Both the position numbers and the translations under genes were made by a program. From Candidatus Woesearchaeota archaeon (GTDB lineage Archaea > Nanobdellota > Nanobdellia > Woesearchaeales > ARS49), in NCBI GenBank assembly GCA_023266895.1, contig JAHFOI010000001.1, forward strand, positions 1 to 52,132: a stretch of 52,132 nt of DNA. The letters are read 5' to 3'. Shown one piece after another: positions 37,372-45,225 of this stretch (positions are counted from its first letter, which is position 1; each line of letters opens with the position of its first letter). The notes under the pieces were generated by a model. It saw only the letters and a list, made by a program, of their open reading frames with translations, was not told the DNA's origin and made no database searches.

Positions 37372-37450
37372 GTTTTTCCTCGTTTTTTCTTTGTTTTTTC
37401 TTCAGAACATGCTGGTGTGCATGACTGAATACTGATCATACTCAGTCAAA

Positions 37451-37500
37451 TATATTTATAACGTACTTCTTGAACGACAAATACGTTAAATACGTTATCT
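37451..37500. promoter_or_regulatory. Conserved 50-nt control element, copy A (TATA-like + TACGTTA heptamers)
   Basis: 39/50 ungapped identity with 38601-38650. Contains TAACGTA (37459-37465) and two direct ATACGTTA (37481-37488, 37490-37497). Confidence 0.6.
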
Positions 37501-37522
37501 TTGTTTTATATTTATTTTCGCG

Positions 37523-38461
37523 CTACCGTTGTGTGTAACATTGCCCGACCGCACCCATGATACCTGCAGCGTATGCTGCGGCTTGTGAAACAAATGCAAG
37601 CATTCTTCTACCATAATTTCGCAGTGGTTTCATTGTTTCTTGTGTTCTGCCCTGCATTTTTAGCATGCGTAATGCGTCAGCATAGTTGTCAAGAGGCGTT
37701 CTTGGATCAAGAGTAACTACTCTTGGAATTATTCTTATTCCTTGTTTCGCACCTATTTTTGCAGCATACATATTGGTATCAGCACATGCCTTCAATTTTG
37801 CAAATATTTCTGGGTCTGCTGCGCAATTACCAGCGTAGTGCACTGCTCCAACATCGTATGCAACAGTAATTATCTGCTCTCCTGTACGTACAGGTATTTT
37901 TTCTCCTGCATGAATTAGTCGCTCTTCAATCGCGCGTGCAATGTCAAGGCTAAGTTCTTTTCCTGGCTCTCCTTTTTCTATGACCGTAAATTCATCTCCT
38001 CCTGGTCTGTAAACTCCAGTACCAGTACGTGTTGCACTTACAAGTGTTTTTGCAATTGCTTGAAGAGCTCTATCTCCAGTAGGGTGACCATACTGGTCAT
38101 TTACCTGCTTGAAATCTCTAACGTCAACGTATGCAATTAAACAAGGAATTCCTTCTCGCACAGCAGTTTCTAAATCTGCATCAAATTTTCTTCTATTGTA
38201 TACTCCTGTTAATGCATCTCGTGTTGCAATTTCTTCGGCTCGCTCAAGCAGTCTGGCTTTTGAGCTTATTACGCGATCTGCCCTTCTGATTTTTTGGCCT
38301 TGTTCTGCGCAGTATTGTGCGATTTTCAGGATTGCCCTTCCAGGATCTTCTCCCAGAATTTCTAAAACTTGTAAGCGAAGATTTGGTGGCATTCCACTTG
38401 TTTCAAGTAAACTTTCAATGTTGGGAATGTCTTGTGACTGTATGTCTGTTTGAACTGGCAT
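37523..38461 (-). CDS. GGDEF-domain diguanylate cyclase-like protein
   Basis: Motifs RDALTGVYNRRKF, VDVRDFKQVNDQYGHPTGDRAL and GGDEF (37988-38002). GAGGTGA Shine-Dalgarno-like motif before the ATG. Confidence 0.85.
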   Translation of the reverse strand: MPVQTDIQSQDIPNIESLLETSGMPPNLRLQVLEILGEDPGRAILKIAQYCAEQGQKIRRADRVISSKARLLERAEEIATRDALTGVYNRRKFDADLETAVREGIPCLIAYVDVRDFKQVNDQYGHPTGDRALQAIAKTLVSATRTGTGVYRPGGDEFTVIEKGEPGKELSLDIARAIEERLIHAGEKIPVRTGEQIITVAYDVGAVHYAGNCAADPEIFAKLKACADTNMYAAKIGAKQGIRIIPRVVTLDPRTPLDNYADALRMLKMQGRTQETMKPLRNYGRRMLAFVSQAAAYAAGIMGAVGQCYTQR

Positions 38462-38600
38462 GTCTTCACCTCATTTTTTTGTTTGTTGTTCTTTTTTTTC
38501 AGTCTTGGTGTGACTTTTTTGTAATTGTAAGGCCAAAACCCGCATTTCTGCAGGGTTAAGGTCTGGTTGTTGTCATGAAGTTAGTATTCCAAAAGATTAA

Positions 38601-38650
38601 TATATATGTAACGTACTTTCTATACGAAAAATACGTTTCATACGTTAATT
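38601..38650. promoter_or_regulatory. Conserved 50-nt control element, copy B, in the divergent GGDEF / AbrB-PhoU intergenic region
   Basis: tatatatgTAACGTActttctatacgaaaaATACGTTtcATACGTTAatt, ending 11 nt before ATG 38661. Confidence 0.6.
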
Positions 38651-38660
38651 TTGGCAACCC

Positions 38661-39593
38661 ATGACTTCCATACGAAAACTCGTCAAAGCAGGCCCTGCAT
38701 CACACACCATTTCACTGCCTAAAGAGTGGCTTGAACAGCATGGTGTGAAGACTGGAGATTCATTGTATGTAGAAGAAACTCCTGACACGTTGGTTGTGAA
38801 AACAGAATCAAGAAAAGTGCAGGTTGTTGAGCAGGAGTGTACCATTGCTTTGGACAACAAATCAGATTCTTCAGTCCAACGCGAGCTTGCTTCAGCATAT
38901 GTTAACAACAATCGGACCATTCGTTTTTCAGGAAAATCAGCTGAGTCTCGCTTGCCTGTAGTGAGAGCTATGCTTCAAGGTTTTGTTGCATTGGAAATTA
39001 CTGAGCAAACCCCCACGGTCTTGGTTGTCCGTGACTTGTTAGATTTGGAAGAGATAAGTGTGGAAAAAACAATTCGGAGAATGGAAATGATGGTACGTAC
39101 CATGCTTGTAGAGTGCTGCAATCCTGATGTGCAAGAGCAGTTACGTGTGAAAGATGAAGAAGTCAATAAGCTTTATTTTCTGCTTGTGCGTCTGATACGT
39201 AGCGCGTTATCAGTGCCTGGCATGGCAGAACGTTTTTCTCTCACACCAGTCAAGGCAGGGCAGGTATGGTTTTTAATCACCTATCTGGAAAGTCTTGCGG
39301 ATTATGCCCAGTCAGTGCACGGTTCTTTTGCACGAACACCAAAAGCAAGCATAAAAATGGTAAAAGAGCTTGTTGCTGAGCTCAAGATAGTGTTTGAAAA
39401 GGCAATGACCAGTTTTTGGAAAAAAGAAAAATCAAGCGCAGATGGAGTGCTTCAATCAAGACAGTCATTGCTTGCGTCATGCACAACAATTTCTGAACAT
39501 CACAAAGATGCAGTGCTTGCAGAAATTGCTGAGCAGGCAAAGGCAATTGTTTCGCTCATCCTCAGCATTGCACGACTGGTTATTGATGAATAA
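38661..39593 (+). CDS. AbrB/SpoVT-domain + PhoU-like regulator
   Basis: N-terminus RKLVKAGPASHTISLPKEWLEQHGVKTGDSLYV is a swapped-hairpin AbrB-type motif. It is followed by a helical PhoU-like repeat region. Confidence 0.7.
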   Translation: MTSIRKLVKAGPASHTISLPKEWLEQHGVKTGDSLYVEETPDTLVVKTESRKVQVVEQECTIALDNKSDSSVQRELASAYVNNNRTIRFSGKSAESRLPVVRAMLQGFVALEITEQTPTVLVVRDLLDLEEISVEKTIRRMEMMVRTMLVECCNPDVQEQLRVKDEEVNKLYFLLVRLIRSALSVPGMAERFSLTPVKAGQVWFLITYLESLADYAQSVHGSFARTPKASIKMVKELVAELKIVFEKAMTSFWKKEKSSADGVLQSRQSLLASCTTISEHHKDAVLAEIAEQAKAIVSLILSIARLVIDE

Positions 39594-39688
39594 AGAATAA
39601 CAATGTAAAGAATAGCAACGCGAAAGAGCAGAAACCAACATCAAAAATAGAAACTGAAAAAAAGAAACACTGACTTACGACTGACTTT

Positions 39689-40063
39689 TTAATTCTTTTT
39701 TCTCATGCGTTCAAATGTTTCAGGAATGTCAATGATGTATTTGCCATCAGCCAGTTTGAAAATAAGTGGTTCTTTTTTGAACAAGTGAACAAGATCAATT
39801 TCATATTTTCCGGGTTTTATGATATTAATACTTTCTAAATCGAGCACAACTGGTGCAGCAGGATTTTCTGTGCCAAGAATATCATACACATCACTTTCTA
39901 GTTCTTGTTTTGCTTCAGTGCTGAGCGTTACGGTAGTCTGTTGCTTGTTGAGTTTTTCTTTCTTGATGTAGAAAAACAAACGCGCACCGCACGTGCAACC
40001 GCTCAGAATTTCTTTTGCGCCATCATCATACATGGCATCACAGCGCACACACTGATGTGGCAT
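39689..40063 (-). CDS. Zn-ribbon protein (archaeal COG3364-like)
   Basis: CVRCDAMY...CTCGA zinc ribbon. Last gene of the GTPase/DUF2073 triad. Confidence 0.6.
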   Translation of the reverse strand: MPHQCVRCDAMYDDGAKEILSGCTCGARLFFYIKKEKLNKQQTTVTLSTEAKQELESDVYDILGTENPAAPVVLDLESINIIKPGKYEIDLVHLFKKEPLIFKLADGKYIIDIPETFERMRKKN

Positions 40064-40064
40064 G

Positions 40065-40439
40065 TTATTTCCTTCGCTCTCTCGTGAGAAGCTCTATTTT
40101 GTTTGGATCTTTTCGTATGCTTTTCACAACACTTGCCGGACCAATAATTGTCAAGCCTGCTTTTTCTCCCAGCATAAGACTTACCACACCATTTTTTATT
40201 CTGCTGAGCCCGCTTGTGTTCGGGTTTGTTGGCTGAATCACTGCAAGTTCTATGCCTTTAAATTCTTTGTTTATCTCTTCCATTGTTGATTTGATGAGTT
40301 CTGCTTCTTCTTGCTTGCGTAATCTTCCTTGAAGCAGTACTATTTTATTTTCTTTTGCGAGGTTGAGCAGTTTTCGTATGCGTCCGAGACTGCTGAGCTC
40401 TAGGATTTCATGGTAAGGAACAACACGCAGTGTTACCAT
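40065..40439 (-). CDS. DUF2073-like protein
   Basis: Position within, and similarity to, the conserved archaeal GTPase-DUF2073-Zn-ribbon operon (from memory of the family). Confidence 0.5.
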   Translation of the reverse strand: MVTLRVVPYHEILELSSLGRIRKLLNLAKENKIVLLQGRLRKQEEAELIKSTMEEINKEFKGIELAVIQPTNPNTSGLSRIKNGVVSLMLGEKAGLTIIGPASVVKSIRKDPNKIELLTRERRK

Positions 40440-40441
40440 TG

Positions 40442-41071
40442 CTATCCTCCTGTGAGTTTGAACAAGGCGCTATAAAAAGCGTCCGTGTGCTTGCCATACT
40501 TTGCGCTTACACCCACTACTTCATACTGAGGGAATGCTGATTTGATGCGTTTCATGCTTGCTTTTTTCAGGTCTACTTTGTTTGCAACAAGTAAGACTGG
40601 TATGTCTCGTGCTGCGAGATTGCCAATAATCGTAACATTGACTTGACTGTAGGGATCTTGTGTTGCGTCAAGCACGACGAGAACAGTGTCCACTTCATCT
40701 AGCCATTTAATGCTGTCAATAACTCCTTTTGTTGCTTCTTTGGCGCGTCGTTTTGCTTTTGATTCAGCAAGTCCTGCGCGCATAAAATCTTCATAATCTA
40801 TTTTTGTGGCTATGCCTGGTGTGTCAACAAGATTAAAAAGAAGTTCTTTATCTCCATTTTTGATGCAGATTTGTTCTTTAATATGCACTTCTCTGGTTTC
40901 ATGAGGTATAGGGCTCACGCTACCCATTTCCTCGCCAAGCCAATCAACGCAAATTCTATTTGCAAGGGTTGTCTTGCCTGAGTTTGGCGGTCCATATAGT
41001 CCAAGCTTTACGCTTCCTCGCTTGCCAAAAAGTGAGCGGAAGACTTTGTTAAAGAATCGTGTTATTCCCAT
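40442..41071 (-). CDS. Small GTP-binding protein
   Basis: G1 GPPNSGKTT, G3 DTPG, G4 NKVD. Confidence 0.8.
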   Translation of the reverse strand: MGITRFFNKVFRSLFGKRGSVKLGLYGPPNSGKTTLANRICVDWLGEEMGSVSPIPHETREVHIKEQICIKNGDKELLFNLVDTPGIATKIDYEDFMRAGLAESKAKRRAKEATKGVIDSIKWLDEVDTVLVVLDATQDPYSQVNVTIIGNLAARDIPVLLVANKVDLKKASMKRIKSAFPQYEVVGVSAKYGKHTDAFYSALFKLTGG

Positions 41072-41095
41072 TTGAAAAAGAAAAAAAGAAGAGGC

Positions 41096-41329
41096 TTATC
41101 TGCCGCCTCTGACCATCTTTGCTCGGGAAACATCGCCGTTCTTGTCAACGAAGTAGAGGTATCCTGATTGTTTTTTAACGCCAACTTTCGCGACTTTTTC
41201 GGGCTTGCTTGCTTTTCCTTTCTTTCTTCCGCGAGCCATTTTTGCGCGACTGACATCTCCTTGCTTATCAACAAAGTAGAGATAGCCGTCTTGCTTTTTT
41301 ACTCCTGCTTTTGCTACTTTTTCTGCCAT
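41096..41329 (-). CDS. Small basic protein made of two 40-aa repeats (GYLYFVDKxGDVSRAKM)
   Basis: The repeats EKVAKAGVKKQDGYLYFVDKQGDVSRAKMARG and EKVAKVGVKKQSGYLYFVDKNGDVSRAKMVRG are 28/32 identical. GGGGTGA precedes the ATG. Confidence 0.6.
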   Translation of the reverse strand: MAEKVAKAGVKKQDGYLYFVDKQGDVSRAKMARGRKKGKASKPEKVAKVGVKKQSGYLYFVDKNGDVSRAKMVRGGR

Positions 41330-41418
41330 GTGGTTTCACCCCTTAATATGAAGAGAATTCCTCTTCGTTCCGTCACAAAACAAGAGCTCCTTTATATATT
41401 TTTCGACGAGTAGTCTGT

Positions 41419-41703
41419 TCACCGGCGTCGTGAGTGAGTAGTGGTTCCTGGACTACTCCGTCGAGACTTCTTGGAGCGTCTCTTTTTTGTTGTTGCGAAC
41501 TGCTGTTTTTTCTTCAGCACTGGTGTGTCTATGTCTTTGATAAACCAGCTTGGGACAAGCATTTCTTTGAGCTGTGCTGCGCGTGCCATGCCATCATGGT
41601 ATGTGTTTTCAGTGTGTTCCTGTGGTGGCAAAGGCTGTGCAGCAATACGTTTTGCATCTTCAAGAGCTTTTTGTACCTCTTTGCGTTGCAAAATGCTAGC
41701 CAT
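41419..41703 (-). CDS. Small hypothetical protein with Arg/Lys/Ser-rich tail
   Basis: 94-aa ORF with an ATG start and a basic C-terminus, KKRRSKKSRRSS. Confidence 0.4.
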   Translation of the reverse strand: MASILQRKEVQKALEDAKRIAAQPLPPQEHTENTYHDGMARAAQLKEMLVPSWFIKDIDTPVLKKKQQFATTKKRRSKKSRRSSPGTTTHSRRR

Positions 41704-41803
41704 AACATGGAGAAGCGTAATGCACGTTATTATAGTTTTCGCTGAGGAGTGGTCAGAAAATCAAAATGATATTTGGAATCTTCAACAAACAATTCTCCTA
41801 ATC

Positions 41804-41811
41804 TTTATTAA
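41804..41811 (+). promoter_or_regulatory. TATA box for leaderless rfcL
   Basis: tttattaa lies 22-29 nt upstream of ATG 41833. Confidence 0.5.
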
Positions 41812-41832
41812 GTAGCACGTGCCTGCACAAAC

Positions 41833-43020
41833 ATGCAACCATGGACAAGTACGTATGCGCCTAAAAATCTTGCTGATTTTTCTCAGAAAGAAGTAGTGGA
41901 AAAACTACAATTGTTTCTCTCAACATTTGCCAAGCAAAAGAAAAAAGCAGTACTAGTGTATGGCGCTTCAGGAACCGGTAAGACATCGTTGATTCATATT
42001 CTTGCGCAACAACAAAACTGGGAAGTTGTTGAAGTAAATGCTTCAGATGTGCGCAATGCGGAGGGTATTAATTCAAAATTATTATGTGCTGCACAGCAAC
42101 GTAGTCTTTTTTCTTCAGGTAAAATTCTTCTTGTTGATGAAGTAGATGGTATTGCTGGACAAAATGATCGTGGCGGGGTCACTGCTCTTGCTGCAGTGAT
42201 GAAGTCCACGTCGTTTCCTATGATTTTAACTGCAAACGACCCATTTGATCAAAAATTTTCTCCTATTCGTAAACTTGCAATGCTAGTGGAATTTCCTTTA
42301 TCAAGCCCTGCAGAGATATCTAGCCTCTTGATCAGTATCGCTAATGCAGAAAATCTTGTGTTTGATGAACACGCAATTCGGTCACTGGCGCGTCGTTGTG
42401 GCGGGGATCTACGTGCTGCAGTAACTGACTTGCAGATTTTGTCTCACCGTACGATCACTTCTTCTGCACTTGAATTGCTTGGAGATCGTGATAAGTCTGA
42501 AGAAATGACTCATGCACTTGGCCGTATTCTTAAACAGTCTGATCCAAAAATTGCACTCTCTGCGTTTGAACACGTAACTGAAGATCTTGATGATGCGTTT
42601 TTGTGGCTTGAAGAAAGCATTCCTAAAGAATACAAAAACTCTGCAGATCTTGCTCGTGCATTTGATGTGCTTAGTCGTGCTGATGTGTTTCGCGGTAGGA
42701 TTTTGCGTCGTCAGCATTGGCGTTTTCTTGCCTACGAAAATGATCTGCTTACTGCAGGTGTTGCGTGTGCTAAGGATGCACCCTATCGCACTTCTGTTGA
42801 GTATGAACGTTCTGAGCGTATCTTAAAATTGTGGATTGCAAAACAAAAGTATGCCCTGCGCTTGTCTTTTGCAAGTAAGGTTGCTGAGGTATGTCATTGT
42901 TCAACTCGTCGTGCAGTGCAAGATGTTCTTCCTTTTTTGCGTTCAATAGCGCGAAAATATTCTGTTGCGTCTTCATTAGAACTTGATGATGAACAAGCAG
43001 AATGGTTGAAGGTTTCATAA
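41833..43020 (+). CDS. rfcL: Replication factor C large subunit
   Basis: PWTSTYAPKNLADF, Walker A GASGTGKTS, Walker B LLVDEVDGI. Confidence 0.85.
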   Translation: MQPWTSTYAPKNLADFSQKEVVEKLQLFLSTFAKQKKKAVLVYGASGTGKTSLIHILAQQQNWEVVEVNASDVRNAEGINSKLLCAAQQRSLFSSGKILLVDEVDGIAGQNDRGGVTALAAVMKSTSFPMILTANDPFDQKFSPIRKLAMLVEFPLSSPAEISSLLISIANAENLVFDEHAIRSLARRCGGDLRAAVTDLQILSHRTITSSALELLGDRDKSEEMTHALGRILKQSDPKIALSAFEHVTEDLDDAFLWLEESIPKEYKNSADLARAFDVLSRADVFRGRILRRQHWRFLAYENDLLTAGVACAKDAPYRTSVEYERSERILKLWIAKQKYALRLSFASKVAEVCHCSTRRAVQDVLPFLRSIARKYSVASSLELDDEQAEWLKVS

Positions 43021-43103
43021 GGTAAGTTGTGTATGAAAACAAGTCAAACAAAAACAGAAAATCATAAATACAGAGGTCTTTTATAACTTCTTGAGGTGTT
43101 CAT

Positions 43104-43508
43104 ATGAATTACGTGGCAGTACTTGTTGCAGGAATTATTAGCATGATTATTGGTGGTTTTTGGTATTCACCAGCAGGTTTTGGCAAAACATGGGTGAAGC
43201 TATCTGGCATGACTAATAAACAGCTTTCGCATGCCAAGAAAAAAGGCATGGCGTGGTCTTATGTGTTTGCGTTTGTGGCTGCACTTCTTACGAATTGGGT
43301 GTTTGCACAAGTGTTAACATTATCTGGTGCGACAAGCGTAAGTATTGGCATGCTTGTTGGTTTTTCACTCTGGCTTGGCTTTATTGCAACAACTTTGCTC
43401 AGCAGTTTATTATGGGAGCAAAAGCCCTTGCGGTTGTATCTCATTAATGCAGGTCATTATTTGCTTGTGTTCCTCATTAATGGAGCACTACTTTCAGTGT
43501 GGCAGTAA
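43104..43508 (+). CDS. DUF1761-like membrane protein
   Basis: Four TM helices. N-terminus MNYVAVLVAGIISMIIGGFWYSPAGFGKTW is typical of the family. GAGGTG precedes the ATG. Confidence 0.55.
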   Translation: MNYVAVLVAGIISMIIGGFWYSPAGFGKTWVKLSGMTNKQLSHAKKKGMAWSYVFAFVAALLTNWVFAQVLTLSGATSVSIGMLVGFSLWLGFIATTLLSSLLWEQKPLRLYLINAGHYLLVFLINGALLSVWQ

Positions 43509-43544
43509 AATACTAAAGAAAAAATAAAAAAACAAAAAAGTTCT

Positions 43545-43763
43545 TCAACTGAATGCGTTGTCAATTGCTTGCATGTCTGAGTCAAGTGCATCCACTTGCG
43601 CAGGTTGTAAGTCCTGTGTGCTTGCTGGCACAGATACTTCTTGTGCAGTTATGCCCAATTCAGATGTTGCTGTTTGAGCTGGCAGGGTTTGTTTCACTGG
43701 ACTTTGCGTGCATGCAATGACCAATACTGCAAGAGCTAAGGTAATGATGAGTATTTTCTTCAT
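43545..43763 (-). CDS. Small secreted lipoprotein-like protein
   Basis: Signal peptide with a lipobox-like LVIAC. ATGA overlap with the upstream gene. Confidence 0.5.
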   Translation of the reverse strand: MKKILIITLALAVLVIACTQSPVKQTLPAQTATSELGITAQEVSVPASTQDLQPAQVDALDSDMQAIDNAFS

Positions 43764-45010
43764 GCCAGGCCTCCTGCAGAATTGTTTGTGCTTGCGTTCA
43801 CACTGCCATTCACAGATGCGTTTTCTTCAGCTTCAGAAAGTATGTCATTTGCTTCTTGTGCATTCACGCTTGCACGTACTTGTGCTTGGATTTTTGCATG
43901 CAAATCTTTTATGAGCTCAAATGATTTCTTTGCAGTTTCCTGCGCTTGTTTTAGCAAGGTGTGGGCCTCATCTTTTTTGTTTTCCCGTAATGCATCTTGG
44001 GCGTGGGTAAGTGATGCAGTGCCTGCGACAAGTGTTTCTTTTATTGTTGCTGTTGCACTGGCATATGCTTCCTTTGCAATACCTTTTTTCTCTGCACGCT
44101 CAATCAATTGTTCAATTCGTTTTTCTGCGGCTCTGAACTTCGCAAACACGCCATGGAATTGTGCAAATGCCTGGTGCTCAATACCTAAACCAAGTTCTGC
44201 ACGAACTTCTTTTAAGTTTTCCCGCATCTTACCAAGCACTGCTTTAATTTGTTCTTTCGTGCTTGTTGCATTTAAGGCACTGATTTTTTCTTGAGCATCA
44301 GCAAGTGTTGCTCTTAATTGAGCTATTGCATCCATACGTGCGCTGATGACTTCTGAAACTGAGTCATTGTTTTCAGCTTGTGCTTGCGCAAGTTCCGCAC
44401 TTAATTGCTCAAGTAGTTTGTCTGCATGAAGCGCAGTTACAGTCATGAGCTCTTTTGCAGCAGTTACTCGTATTTCTTGTTTTTCTGACTTGAGCTGTTC
44501 TCGTGCACTTTCTGCTTCTTTACGCAATTCTTCACGTTGCTGTTTTGCTTCAAGACGTATTTTTGCTTGTCCACTCAAAAATTCTTGTCGTGATTCTTTT
44601 GTTGCAGTTCGTAAACCCATAAGTTTGTTGCGTGTTTCAGCGCGTTTTTCCAGAATAGTGTTTCGAAACTCAGTGCGATCTGCTTTGAGTTCTTCTCTAT
44701 CTTCGCGAAGTTTTTCACGAGCTTCTTTAAGATTAGCGCGTAATTCGTTACGTTCTTCTTTACGCACATCTCGTGCATCACGTCGTTCTTGACGCATTCC
44801 TGCGTTTACTTCAGCATTGCTTGAAGCATTTGTTGAGGTATCTTGATCAGAGTTTTCAGTAGAAACACCTGCTGATACTCCAAGGTTAGCATTTACTTCG
44901 CTTTGATCTTGTCCTCCTTGATTTTGATCTTCCTGAGCCATAACTGCCACAGCACTTATGATGAGCAGCAATGTTATGACCAACGCCATTGTTTTTTTCA
45001 TGATTTTCAT
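43760..45010 (-). CDS. Secreted, highly charged coiled-coil protein
   Basis: ATG 45010 is preceded by GGAGGA (track start is TTG). Signal peptide MKIMKKTMALVITLLLIISAVAVMAQ, followed by long E/R/K-rich heptad-like segments. Confidence 0.6.
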   Translation of the reverse strand: MKIMKKTMALVITLLLIISAVAVMAQEDQNQGGQDQSEVNANLGVSAGVSTENSDQDTSTNASSNAEVNAGMRQERRDARDVRKEERNELRANLKEAREKLREDREELKADRTEFRNTILEKRAETRNKLMGLRTATKESRQEFLSGQAKIRLEAKQQREELRKEAESAREQLKSEKQEIRVTAAKELMTVTALHADKLLEQLSAELAQAQAENNDSVSEVISARMDAIAQLRATLADAQEKISALNATSTKEQIKAVLGKMRENLKEVRAELGLGIEHQAFAQFHGVFAKFRAAEKRIEQLIERAEKKGIAKEAYASATATIKETLVAGTASLTHAQDALRENKKDEAHTLLKQAQETAKKSFELIKDLHAKIQAQVRASVNAQEANDILSEAEENASVNGSVNASTNNSAGGLA

Positions 45011-45225
45011 GGTTTTTTCCTCCAGCCCATACAAGGCATGAAAAATAAAAAGGTGTTTTTACTTAAATACATTCTTTTTGCCTTTGATGAAAAAAGCTTT
45101 TTTTGAACTGTGAAACCACGAATAAGCTTTAAAATCATGCCTTCTCCACAAAAAAGGTGAATAAAAAGCTTTTTTAATATTTTTTGGGCGCAATATTTAA
45201 AAGCAAACCCAGATATTTCTCATGA

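Noticed and set aside
36731-38453. Plus-strand ORFs antisense to the orphan gene (36731-37225) and the GGDEF gene (38109-38453)
   Set aside because: The minus-strand frames carry recognisable motifs (GGDEF and others), ATG starts and Shine-Dalgarno-like sequences. The antisense translations are featureless.
38462-38600. c-di-GMP riboswitch in the GGDEF leader
   Set aside because: I could not find GEMM-I/II-like conserved stretches. There is only a short generic hairpin, so this stays as a leader-structure note rather than a riboswitch call.
43782-44792. Plus-strand ORFs 43782-44294 and 44445-44792 (Ser/Arg/Phe-rich)
   Set aside because: These are mirror-image frames of the E/K/R-rich coiled-coil gene. 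The minus-strand ORF has a signal peptide and a GGAGGA-ATG start.
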